Part shown: positions 28,659 to 37,382 of the stretch, in pieces
Layout: every line of letters starts with the position of its first letter
Position numbering within the stretch: the first letter of the stretch is position 1
Virus record (IMG/VR): IMGVR_UViG_3300045988_183163
Length of the DNA stretch: 64,000 nucleotides
Source: a virus
Strand: one strand, 5' to 3'
Notes under the pieces: generated by a model
Seen by the model: only the letters and a program-made list of their open reading frames with translations
What the model was told of the DNA's origin: nothing
The model's database searches: none
Translations under genes and position numbers: made by a program

Positions 28659-29792
28659 TTAGTGGATGCCCAGGGAAGCGGCATAAGCAGCTTCACGAGC
28701 GGCAACCTGTGCCTGCAGAGCAGCGATGGAAGCGGCATAAGCGGCTTCACGCTTTTCAGCAGCAGCCTGAGCTTCAGAGGTAGAAGCGTACTGGGGCTCG
28801 TTGCCAGCCAGAGTACCAGCATAGCCCTTGACGCCATCAGCGCCCTTAACAGTCAGGACTTCATGACCACAATGGTCACAGACGTAAACGTTACCCTTGC
28901 GGGTCCAGTTGTGATAGCCACAGCTGGTACAGACGGTGTACTCATTGCCCCAGGTGCCATTGGCAATAGCGGCGGCAATTTCACCGTGCTCAGAGACTTC
29001 AACGTTCTTGCGAGGAGCGGTCGGAGTAGTGGTGGTAGTACCGTTGCCCTTGTTGGAGCCGGTAGAAGTGTTGTCCTTACCGGTGTTGTCCTTATCGGGG
29101 GCCACTACGTCGCCCTTGTCATCGGGAGTGGTGGTGCCGTTGTCACCGGTATTGTCACCAGTGTTGTCGTCCTTATCGTCGGGTTTGGTAACATCACCCT
29201 TGTCATCGCCCTTGTTGTCATCCTTGCCGTCGTCGGGAGTGGATGCAGAAGTGGCTTTCAGGGTCAGGACGTTGTCGTGGATGTCGTCGCCCAGGTAGTA
29301 GAACAGGCGGTCATGGTTCAGGCTCTTGCTGGATGCGGTGTAAGTATCACCGGAATCCGTGGTCCAGGCTTCAACACTCTGACCATCAACACTGCCCGGG
29401 AAAGTGGCGGTGTCAGTCTCGGTCAGCACCGTGTTGCCGTCAATCTGGTAGTTGATGGTGATGGAACGCGGATTGCCCTCAGCCGCATAGCAGGAAGTGA
29501 TGCCGTCAGCGGTGAACCACTGGTCAACTGCATCGTACGGCAGAGTGTCGCCGGGATAGTAGTTGTAGGTATACCCGCCATGGCCTTGCAGGGTAATCCA
29601 GTAGCCGTAGTCATACTGACTTGCCGGGAACGTCATAGAGCCGCCCGGAGCCAGGTCCTGGGAAGAACCATTGCTGAAAGAGAAATGGTAGGTGTCACCG
29701 GTGGCTGCGAACGCTGCGACAGGCAGACAAGTTGCCATCATACCGGCTGCTGCAATCCCTGCGATTGCTTTCATGATTTTCTGATTGCTCAT
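28659..29792 (-). CDS. secreted Asp/Gly/Thr-rich protein with a C-terminal zinc-ribbon
   Basis: Signal peptide MSNQKIMKAIAGIAAAGMMATCLPVAAFA; low-complexity DDKGD repeats; CTSCG...CDHCGHEV zinc-ribbon. The antisense 388-aa ORF is rejected. Confidence 0.55.
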   Translation of the reverse strand: MSNQKIMKAIAGIAAAGMMATCLPVAAFAATGDTYHFSFSNGSSQDLAPGGSMTFPASQYDYGYWITLQGHGGYTYNYYPGDTLPYDAVDQWFTADGITSCYAAEGNPRSITINYQIDGNTVLTETDTATFPGSVDGQSVEAWTTDSGDTYTASSKSLNHDRLFYYLGDDIHDNVLTLKATSASTPDDGKDDNKGDDKGDVTKPDDKDDNTGDNTGDNGTTTPDDKGDVVAPDKDNTGKDNTSTGSNKGNGTTTTTPTAPRKNVEVSEHGEIAAAIANGTWGNEYTVCTSCGYHNWTRKGNVYVCDHCGHEVLTVKGADGVKGYAGTLAGNEPQYASTSEAQAAAEKREAAYAASIAALQAQVAAREAAYAASLGIH

Positions 29793-29894
29793 GCTGTGTA
29801 CTCCTTTGTTCTTTTAATTTTTTTATGATTATCTATCTGCATTTATTCAGATACCGATTTAAGGAGAAATCAGCCGCAGCTTTGCTGCGTTGCC

Positions 29895-29935
29895 CACCAT
29901 CCGCCGCGTGGAGGCTTTCTCATGGATGGTTGACG
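29895..29935 (-). promoter_or_regulatory. structured motif copy 1 (stem CCATCC/GGATGG around AGCCTCCACGCGGC, then TGGGCAAC)
   Basis: One of three copies with compensatory stem changes; it lies in the leader of gene 28659..29792. Confidence 0.4.
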
Positions 29936-30154
29936 AAGCAGATATGTGCTTCGCCAGTGCCGCAACCGTCTTCGCCACTCGACACAATTTCGGTTTGAAT
30001 TTATCCCCGTAAAATCGCATGTCCATGCTGCGCGGAGAGGATAAAATTCTTCGTGGTATGGTTTCGGAGTTCCGCGCCTGATTGGCCGTACTACACGCAA
30101 TGCAGTACAATACCCCAGATACCTTTGGCGGAAGGAAGCGAAAGGGTGTCTGGA

Positions 30155-30230
30155 TGGAGAAGGGAGATGGCCTCGAACCATCGATACCCTGCTTTGCGGC
30201 AGGTGCTTTATCCAGCTAAGCTATCCCTCC
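30155..30230 (-). tRNA. tRNA-Cys(GCA)-like with a 6-nt anticodon loop CGCAAA (U33 absent)
   Basis: Acceptor GGAGGGA/UCCCUUC, U73 (typical of Cys), D arm GCUU-AGCUGGAUAA-AGC, T arm GAUGG-UUCGAGG-CCAUC, anticodon stem CCUGC/GCAGG. Confidence 0.45.
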
Positions 30231-30260
30231 ATGATGGCGGGTCAAGCCCGCCAAATAGCG

Positions 30261-30644
30261 TTACGCAAACTGGAAGTCGCCGTACTGAGTCACGGCGCGT
30301 TCCAGGCGCAGAGGAATGGTTTTTGTGCTCTTCTGAGTGATGTCCTCGCGTGCTACCTGAGCTTCACTCACGCCAGCCGCCTGCAGGACTTCATACAGAT
30401 TGGAAGGACCAGTACCAGCATAACCACAGGTCAAGCCATTAACCTGAAGCGTGAAGCCGTGCAGATGCGGTGCCAAACCGGGAACGAAATCGAGTTCAAC
30501 AATGACCTCGTCGCTCTTGTCGTTTACACGGTTGACAGCGATGGCGCGGATGTTCCGGTTGCCAAACATTTCAATCAGCTTTTTTGCCGCTGCAGCGGTT
30601 TCTATGGTAGTCGTACCTTCAACATTGATAATTGCCTGTTCCAT
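30261..30644 (-). CDS. hypothetical protein
   Basis: Start at MEQAIINVEG (RBS AGGAAGGAG). The longer ORF-track version runs through tRNA-Thr and is rejected. Confidence 0.45.
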   Translation of the reverse strand: MEQAIINVEGTTTIETAAAAKKLIEMFGNRNIRAIAVNRVNDKSDEVIVELDFVPGLAPHLHGFTLQVNGLTCGYAGTGPSNLYEVLQAAGVSEAQVAREDITQKSTKTIPLRLERAVTQYGDFQFA

Positions 30645-30685
30645 AGAATTCATCTCCTTCCTATTATCGCTTAATTTGGTGATGG

Positions 30686-30758
30686 GGCTTGATGGCAGGT
30701 TCGAACTGCCGACCTGCGCGTTACGAATGCGCTGCTCTACCAACTGAGCTAATCGAGC
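30686..30758 (-). tRNA. tRNA-Thr(CGU)
   Basis: Anticodon arm GCGCA-UUCGUAA-UGCGC; D arm GCUC-AGUUGGUAG-AGC; T arm GGCAG-UUCGAAC-CUGCC; no CCA encoded. Confidence 0.7.
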
Positions 30759-31030
30759 ACGATAGGGTGTTTTATGCTGGTCACCCCTTGAGCGAGAAGC
30801 CAACTCGCATCCAGCACCATTCGGCAGCCACGCCGATAGATTCTGTATTGTACCCTCTTCACCGTTTTCCGGTCTTATTCGCGACTAACACCGGGACTTT
30901 CGAATACTTTCAGGCACAGCACCTGTTTGTCTATTATTTTTGAGGCTGTCTCATCGACATTCGGACAGCGGACCACAAGTGGACCATGCTCACCAAGTTT
31001 AACGTCGTGGCGTACGGTGACTGCGACGTG

Positions 31031-31105
31031 TGGAGCAAGTAGCGGGGGTCGAACCCGCGTCTCCGCCTTGGAGGGGCGGAGTATTAGCCGTTATACGATA
31101 CCTGC
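31031..31105 (-). tRNA. tRNA-Gly(UCC) with C33 (loop CCUCCAA)
   Basis: D arm GUAU-AACGGCUA-AUAC as in E. coli Gly(UCC); anticodon arm CCGCC-CCUCCAA-GGCGG; U73; CCA. Confidence 0.6.
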
Positions 31106-31581
31106 ATAAGATTGCGGGTGAACCCTCACTTAGCCCCGCCATGACATCCGTTTAGTAGGTCGTCATCCCCGGATGTCATCTTCACACCACCTGACAATCT
31201 TGCGAACCTCATCGTTGACGATACGCGAGAATCCAAGAAAGCGCTTGGGTGTTGGTCAACTTCAAATTTTGAGCCCTGTCGTTGATTCCCTGTCAAATCG
31301 GGTTAACGGTTGTCGTTGGGCTGTGTGTGAGACTGCAGCGAAACTTACCAGTTGCCGTGCAGCAATCTCGCCTTTACGGCTGTGTCGCGTCTGGATGCGC
31401 CCCGACTTGACGGGGATGCTCGTACGTTTGCATGCTTCTAAGACATTCGTCAGCAGCCGCAAGAGCCGCTGTCCGCCACCCGCCACGAGGAGGCCGCCTT
31501 AATGGGTGGCATGCTGTCCGCCAGATGTTGTGTATAGCATCGTATCATGTGATTTCGATACATCCAACGGATAGCGTCTGG

Positions 31582-31654
31582 AGCTGGAAATCGGACTTGA
31601 ACCGATGACCGACTGATTACAAATCAGTTGCTCTACCAGCTGAGCTAAACCAGC
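31582..31654 (-). tRNA. tRNA-Thr(UGU)
   Basis: Anticodon arm ACUGA-UUUGUAA-UCAGU; T arm AUCGG-UUCAAGU-CCGAU; two U-U mismatches at the base of the acceptor stem. Confidence 0.6.
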
Positions 31655-31696
31655 AAATACAAACATTAGCCAGATGCCCGGAACACGGAAACATCT

Positions 31697-31735
31697 GTTG
31701 CCCACCGTCCGCCGCGTGGAGGCTGTTTGCTTGGA
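31697..31735 (-). promoter_or_regulatory. structured motif copy 2 (stem CCGTCC/GGACGG around AGCCTCCACGCGGC, then TGGGCAAC)
   Basis: Lies immediately 5' of tRNA-Thr(UGU) on the minus strand. Confidence 0.4.
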
Positions 31736-32026
31736 CGGCTGGCGCGGAGTTACCCGCGCCAAATGGGAAATAAAGAGGTATGAAAGGAAGGATATTACTA
31801 TGAAACGGATGATTTTCACGCTTCACCTGTGTCAGCTCAAATGAAGCCATGCGACCAAGATTGGGGAAAGGAAAACCTTGATGTCTCAGGAGCCGTTCCT
31901 CTTCCTGAGAACAATTGTATTATACCATATATGTGGTATCCGGTCAATGAAAAGACACAATATATAGTGTCTAAATTGTAAACAAACATTAAGATACCAC
32001 TATATCTAGTGGTTGGGGCAAGCGCA

Positions 32027-32920
32027 TCAAAAATGCCTTGTGGTTCCGGCAGATTGCAGGAAAGTCAGCAAATCCTGCGTTAAACTTACCCGGCAGACCG
32101 TCGCCCCACTCTTGGCGAACAGGTCGGCGATTGAGTCCCCTTGTCCCCACTTGTTCAGCGGGTCGGGATTCAGAACGAAGAAGTTGGATGCCCGCTTAGA
32201 GAGCCATTCGACCTCTTCCACGCCAGAATAGTTCTTGTTATTTCGGCAGTCCCCCAGCATGACAATAGTGGTATCCTTGTTGATGATGCCGGTATTGTTG
32301 TAGCGCAGTTCTTTGAGAGGCACACCGTAGTTCGAGTAGATACCTCGGCTTGGAACGCTCTTGTTGATGCTCTCCACAGCGGATGTTACGTTCTCATTTG
32401 AGAAATAACGGTCAACAGGAACTAAGTGGTTCACAAAAACGAACAGGTGGCAGCCACCGGGAAATACTTCCCTCATCAGACCCATGTACGTCAGAGCGAG
32501 AGAAGTCATAGCGCGGCATGACCCGGAAATATCCGCCAGCATCACGACATTTGCTTTGGACTTTATCGGCTTTTTGTAGTACAGTCGTGCAATCTCGCCA
32601 TCACACTGGACGGATTTCTCAATCGTTTTTTTGACGTCGATTTGCTTTTTCTGCTGGGTTATGTACAGCTTACGAAGCTTTTGGCGGAAAGTCTCGGCGT
32701 TTGTGCGGATAAAAGTGAGGACCTTCTCAATATCGGCATTAGAGAGCTTCGAGACATCCTCGTTGAGAAGTGCATCCGTTTGCTTTTTGCTTCTTACCGC
32801 ATTATGACCTCCGGAGAATACTTCTCGATGTCGGAGCGACTGCTCCTTCTCAATGCTTTGCATTTGCTTCTCTTGCTGGGCTTTCCGAATGTTCGTAAGA
32901 ATTGCATCGTAAGAAGTCAC
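32027..32920 (-). CDS. VWA-domain protein (CoxE-like); GTG start overlapping the stop of a 24-codon upstream ORF
   Basis: MIDAS-like VMLADISGSC and a VWA core. GTG at 32920 sits in the quartet GTGA with the stop of the small ORF MSSEPKVITSFEEAPQSFELAKRE. Confidence 0.55.
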   Translation of the reverse strand: MTSYDAILTNIRKAQQEKQMQSIEKEQSLRHREVFSGGHNAVRSKKQTDALLNEDVSKLSNADIEKVLTFIRTNAETFRQKLRKLYITQQKKQIDVKKTIEKSVQCDGEIARLYYKKPIKSKANVVMLADISGSCRAMTSLALTYMGLMREVFPGGCHLFVFVNHLVPVDRYFSNENVTSAVESINKSVPSRGIYSNYGVPLKELRYNNTGIINKDTTIVMLGDCRNNKNYSGVEEVEWLSKRASNFFVLNPDPLNKWGQGDSIADLFAKSGATVCRVSLTQDLLTFLQSAGTTRHF

Positions 32921-33066
32921 TCTCTTTTCGCGAGTTCGAACGATTGCGGTGCTTCCTCAAAGGAAGTGATTACTTTTGGTTCACTGCTCATGCTTTCACC
33001 CAATTGACATTCTCCCCACAGCTAAACTCGATAAAGCACCTTTTTGCCAATACTCTTTAATGCAAC

Positions 33067-33879
33067 CTAGTGGACAGTGGTGTGACCATCCACATCCACA
33101 CCGACGCAATACGCATCGACATAGTCATTGTTGGTTACCTCCATTTCGTTGAGCTTTTTGAGCCATTTCGTTTTGACGATGTGTTCCAAGTAATCCGCAT
33201 TATATTTGGGATTCGATGAAATCACAGAGAACGGTCTACCAAGCTCTTTCTCTCTCAATTCTTCCGTTTCCCGCATTTTTTCAAGCATATACCGGAAATT
33301 TTCGGGGTAGTATTTATAGAGATAGGCAAAGTTAAGAAACGAGGACATCGGGCAATACATACAACCGCAGCGCTTGTTGGTTTTGTAGTAGTTGTTGAAA
33401 ATAGGCTGTGTCTTTGCCCATTCCAAAATCACATCTTCGTTAATGCCGTTTTCTGCGAGAGGGTATATCTCTAACTTTTTGGCACTCAACCGCTTGTTGA
33501 AACGGCGTTCTTCGTCGGCACAATAGCCTATGTAATTTACTACATAAAAACCGACTTCGTTCAGCCATTCGGATAGTTGCCGCTTTGCATCAAGTTTATA
33601 GTGACCGTTACACCATCTTACTTTTCTTGTTGGGAAACCGCATTTATCATACAATTCTTCCCACGTTTTCCTCGGCTTGATTCGCACAAATTGGATGCCA
33701 GCTCGCTTGCACTCCGTTTCCATATAGTCGATAACGTTATGTATAAACGGGTAGTCGATTTCGAGTTCAAAGTGAACCACGCCGTCAAGCGGGTATCTGT
33801 CCAGATTGTGCAGTATGTAATTGAGCATATACAGGCTATCTTTTCCGCCAGATACGCTTGCCCAGTATGATGGGCGCAA
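33067..33879 (-). CDS. PAPS-reductase / DndC-like PP-loop ATP pyrophosphatase family protein
   Basis: PP-loop SGGKDS near the N-terminus; 270 aa; C-terminal Cys cluster CGCMYCP. Confidence 0.65.
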   Translation of the reverse strand: MRPSYWASVSGGKDSLYMLNYILHNLDRYPLDGVVHFELEIDYPFIHNVIDYMETECKRAGIQFVRIKPRKTWEELYDKCGFPTRKVRWCNGHYKLDAKRQLSEWLNEVGFYVVNYIGYCADEERRFNKRLSAKKLEIYPLAENGINEDVILEWAKTQPIFNNYYKTNKRCGCMYCPMSSFLNFAYLYKYYPENFRYMLEKMRETEELREKELGRPFSVISSNPKYNADYLEHIVKTKWLKKLNEMEVTNNDYVDAYCVGVDVDGHTTVH

Positions 33880-33898
33880 TGCAATTGCTTTGTCTGCG

Positions 33899-34099
33899 TT
33901 AGTTATCGTTCGTTACCTCCGTTCTGTGATTCCACAACTCAATCGCGTCCTGTTCGTTTTTTATGAGGACAGTTCCGATGCGGCAGTAGTTGCACCGCAC
34001 TGCATACATGCCTTCATAGCTTGCATATAACCCGGCTGTAGAACCACAGAACGGGCAAGGCTTTAGTTCGATATCATCATCATCAATAAACGTTACCAT
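33899..34099 (-). CDS. Lar-family restriction alleviation-like zinc-ribbon protein
   Basis: 66 aa; LKPCPFCGS...VRCNYCRIG matches the Lar family CPFCG...C..C pattern. Confidence 0.55.
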   Translation of the reverse strand: MVTFIDDDDIELKPCPFCGSTAGLYASYEGMYAVRCNYCRIGTVLIKNEQDAIELWNHRTEVTNDN

Positions 34100-34284
34100 T
34101 GTCGGTTACCTCCGTGAGCCAGTAGTCTTTGCGGCACTCTCGATAAAAAAGCCCACACTGAACTGGGTAGAACTTCTTATTTTGATTTTCTTAGATGTGT
34201 GGGAACACCTCATATACGCTGACATACAGCATCCCCGGTTTATAATCCGCATATTCTACCGGACGCTTCTGGTCGTAGGCTTTG

Positions 34285-35680
34285 ACATTGACACACTCCC
34301 ACGATTAAAATCGTGGGATTCTACTTCAACGAGGCCGCTGGCTGACCCAGTCTTACGCCTCTCGGTAACGGCATGGTGCCCCATCCGTGAGAGTATTTTT
34401 ACGCAGTGTAGCCCGTTTGAGTTAATCCCATACGGCATATATTGATAGCTGCATTGACGTCTCTTTCGTGGTGCGTGCCGCAAGATGGGCAATTCCACTG
34501 CCGCTGCTTGAGTGTGAGCTTCGGGTAGATGTACCCGCAGCGACTGCAGCACTTGCTGGATGGAGCGAAACGGTCAATTTTCACGACCTCCGTGCCACAG
34601 TTGGATGTTGTCCACTCAAGGATTTTGACAAACTCACCAAACGCTATATCATTGATTTTGCGTCCCCAGAGTTTTTGCATCCCTGCAAGATTTAAGTTTT
34701 CAATGCAGATGATAGCGTAATCCGCTATCAGTTGGTAAGCAACCTTAAAGAACCAATCGGTGCGTTGGTTACATATTTTTCGATAGATACGTTCCAACTC
34801 TTTAATTGCTTTCTTACGGTTATTACTTCCCGGCTTACAGCGTGAAATATGTCTTTGCACTCGCTGCAGCTCTTTCAGAGAGGCTTTATACCATTCAGGG
34901 GAATCTATCACGCTGCCGTCATCCAAGTTGAGGAAGTGCTTCAAGCCAAAATCCATCCCGACAGCTTTACCTGCTCGTGGAAGAATTTCATTACATTCCT
35001 CTTGGGTGACGACAAAGAGGTAGACATCACCTAAATTGTCGCGCTTGACGGTTAAGGTTTTCACTTTACCCTTCAAAGGACGAGAATCGAAATAGCGATA
35101 CTTCTTACCATTGATGGTGACGCTGCCTTTGCCGTCAAACTTATAGCCTGCCTGTTTGAGCGTGAAGCTTTTATACATCTCGCGCTTCTTAAATTTCGGC
35201 AGCGACTTCTTGGTAGGATGCGCCTTTTTCTTATTATCAAAATAGGCTTTATAGGCGCGGTCAACGCGCTCCACCACATCCTGAATAGCTTGGCTGCCAA
35301 GATTGTGCCAGTGACCCCACTTGCGGCGCTTGCAGATTTTAGCAATGTACTTTTTCAAATCATTGGCTTTAAGCGTTTTGCCATAGACCAAATAGTACAT
35401 ACGCCGCATAGCAATGCAAAAATTCCAAATCTCGGAGGCTATTTCTATCTGCTGAACAAGATACTTGTTCTTCTTGTTGTTATACAGTTTGTACTTGTAG
35501 GTTTTCATTACAAGACGAATGAGTAGTAGCCTCCTTTTCTTTAGAATCTACTATCTATGGTACGCAATTCGCACGCTTTGACAGCAAAAAATGCTGTCCA
35601 TCTTGCGGATATGCAGCGTGAATTGATTCGTTCTTAACGCCTTTCATCCCACGACTAAAGTCGTGGGTTTTCCCGGCTTG
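34285..35680 (-). mobile_element. IS200/IS605-like element carrying tnpB only
   Basis: LE hairpin CCCACGACTAAAGTCGTGGG at 35648..35667 and RE hairpin CCCACGATTAAAATCGTGGG at 34298..34317 flank an intact tnpB. Confidence 0.65.
34399..35508 (-). CDS. tnpB: TnpB (RuvC-like RNA-guided nuclease, IS605 OrfB family)
   Basis: 369 aa; N-terminus MKTYKYKLYNN; RuvC-I GMDFGLK; RuvC-II IICIENL; zinc finger CSRCG...CPSCG; RuvC-III HERDVNAAINI. Its omega-RNA is expected to overlap the 3' end and RE (about 34290..34520). Confidence 0.8.
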   Translation of the reverse strand: MKTYKYKLYNNKKNKYLVQQIEIASEIWNFCIAMRRMYYLVYGKTLKANDLKKYIAKICKRRKWGHWHNLGSQAIQDVVERVDRAYKAYFDNKKKAHPTKKSLPKFKKREMYKSFTLKQAGYKFDGKGSVTINGKKYRYFDSRPLKGKVKTLTVKRDNLGDVYLFVVTQEECNEILPRAGKAVGMDFGLKHFLNLDDGSVIDSPEWYKASLKELQRVQRHISRCKPGSNNRKKAIKELERIYRKICNQRTDWFFKVAYQLIADYAIICIENLNLAGMQKLWGRKINDIAFGEFVKILEWTTSNCGTEVVKIDRFAPSSKCCSRCGYIYPKLTLKQRQWNCPSCGTHHERDVNAAINICRMGLTQTGYTA

Positions 35681-35858
35681 TTTTTATAAAATCGACGTGA
35701 GTTTTGAACTTCTGCTCGTCACCTCCACGATGCGCTTCAATGAGTTTCCCAATCGTGACAACGTTGATTTGGTTCATGCTTTTTTCCTCTCTTTCTACTA
35801 CAATTATACTCTTCCGCTGAACTGAAATGTGATTTTTTGTCGATTGTTAGCGGAAAAT

Positions 35859-36650
35859 TCATAATTTGAAAGGGCAAAAGCTGAACGTTGGGACGTCTGA
35901 ATTCGGGTTCTCAACCTGGTATTTAATGACTCTTTTTTGCGCCCCTAAAGCCTTGTATGTCTGCTCAGCATTCACGCATAAGCCGTTGGCAAAGAAGAGA
36001 GTGGAACCATTGCGTTCACTGATATTTTCGGCAGAATACATTTTTGGCTTTCTGATTCCGGGGTCGAGATGAATTCCACCGCGCATCAGCTTTTCAGCAT
36101 AGAACCAGACATCAACGCGGGAGAAAATGTAAAGCAGCTGCGTGGTTCTGAAATAATAGAGAATCTGGTCCGCACCACTCCTGTATACCCAGCCCGGGGT
36201 GTGCCATAAAGGGTCGATGCCATCCCGATACCGCCGCGCTACCCGCTGTTCGTTCAGAGCGTCAGGCACCATGGAGAAGTAGTCCACCGAGGTTTCCAGG
36301 TAGAAATTTCCGGTATTGTGACTGTCCACTTTCGCTTCCAGGCCAAAGGTCTTACCATTCTTCTTCCAGACAATGAAATCGGTATCTTTGTCTTGATATG
36401 ATTTATCCTGAGTCACGTCATCGTAATGGCTAATGCCATGATTCACTTTGATAATCGGGTCGTTAAGGAATTTGCGAGCCAAGTCTTCTCCGAATTTTCC
36501 CTCATCGAGTTGCTTGGACATCTTAAACTGACGAGGGCTTTCTTCCCAGGCTATCATACTTTTACACGGCATCTGCCGAATTTTCAGGCAGCTGCGATAC
36601 GATATGTGTAACGATACGTTCTGTACAGGCATTGACAGCGGCCCCGTCAA
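35859..36650 (-). CDS. PD-(D/E)xK-like nuclease-fold protein (start uncertain; possibly 36521)
   Basis: Motif DTDFIVWKK...GLEAKVD is consistent with a restriction-endonuclease-like fold. Confidence 0.4.
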   Translation of the reverse strand: MTGPLSMPVQNVSLHISYRSCLKIRQMPCKSMIAWEESPRQFKMSKQLDEGKFGEDLARKFLNDPIIKVNHGISHYDDVTQDKSYQDKDTDFIVWKKNGKTFGLEAKVDSHNTGNFYLETSVDYFSMVPDALNEQRVARRYRDGIDPLWHTPGWVYRSGADQILYYFRTTQLLYIFSRVDVWFYAEKLMRGGIHLDPGIRKPKMYSAENISERNGSTLFFANGLCVNAEQTYKALGAQKRVIKYQVENPNSDVPTFSFCPFKL

Positions 36651-36759
36651 CTACTTCATGATGTGTGACCCGAAATATGCAAACGACCTTGGCGAGATTG
36701 TGCAGTGAATCGTTCTGAACGCGGTAAGGTGATTTGCTACCATATTGGCTGACACAATC

Positions 36760-36786
36760 AAAAAAAGAAGGCTGCTACCCGTGATG
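36760..36786. terminator. bidirectional intrinsic terminator between promoter 36877..36904 and gene 35859..36650
   Basis: GGCTGCTACCCGTGATGGGCGGCAGCC, flanked by an A-run upstream and TTTTGTCTT downstream. Confidence 0.5.
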
Positions 36787-36876
36787 GGCGGCAGCCTTTT
36801 GTCTTAAAAAAGAAAACGAGAACGCCGTCGGCAACGGAGTCTTCGCAAAAGATAGTTCTTTTTGATTGCGGTTTTA

Positions 36877-36904
36877 ATTATATGGAACCCGCAATGCATT
36901 GCAA
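36877..36904 (-). promoter_or_regulatory. conserved promoter family copy (TTGCAA-N16-TATAAT)
   Basis: Minus strand reads TTGCAAtgcaTTGCGGGTtccaTATAAT. Confidence 0.45.
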
Positions 36905-36907
36905 GCA

Positions 36908-37360
36908 TTATTTGCCCGCTTGCTTTTTCAGCTTATCCCTCGTTTCCATGAGAATGATTCCGAGCCGATTCTGACCTGGGATGTTCTGGCATTTCGGGCA
37001 GTGGCAGTTGCCCCAGTAATTGTCATGCCAGCTGGTCGTGTCTTCCTCAATAGGCTGCGTACCCGTTTCGAGGAGGCGCTGTTTGAGGTCCTCATTCTGC
37101 TCGAATTTGGCCATCACCACGCGGCGCATTACATCGTCCCGGGTTTCGTCCCAGTTGGCAGGAAAAGCCACATGACGGCCAAAATGCTTAGCCGTTGCCG
37201 GAGGCATGTCTGAAAATTGTTTGCGCTCTTCCAGCGGAACCTTGTGGCTCTGAAACGCTGCTTCGGCATTCTTGTAACGAATCCCATCCATCACGAATTC
37301 GCAAGGATAATAGTTACTCATAAACCAGTAGCGAGGGGTATCTTTTCTGAATCGAATCAT
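36908..37360 (-). CDS. NADAR-family protein (YbiA-like, DUF1768)
   Basis: 150 aa; hallmark WGNC...G.N.LG..LM..R segment (YWGNCHCPKCQNIPGQNRLGIILMETR) and the N-terminal MSNYYPCEF...AEAAFQ. Confidence 0.65.
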   Translation of the reverse strand: MIRFRKDTPRYWFMSNYYPCEFVMDGIRYKNAEAAFQSHKVPLEERKQFSDMPPATAKHFGRHVAFPANWDETRDDVMRRVVMAKFEQNEDLKQRLLETGTQPIEEDTTSWHDNYWGNCHCPKCQNIPGQNRLGIILMETRDKLKKQAGK

Positions 37361-37382
37361 ACAAATTCTCCTAATTTATAGC

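Noticed and set aside
28662-29828. 388-aa plus-strand ORF
   Set aside because: Low-complexity mirror of the minus-strand secreted protein, which has a convincing signal peptide and a zinc-ribbon.
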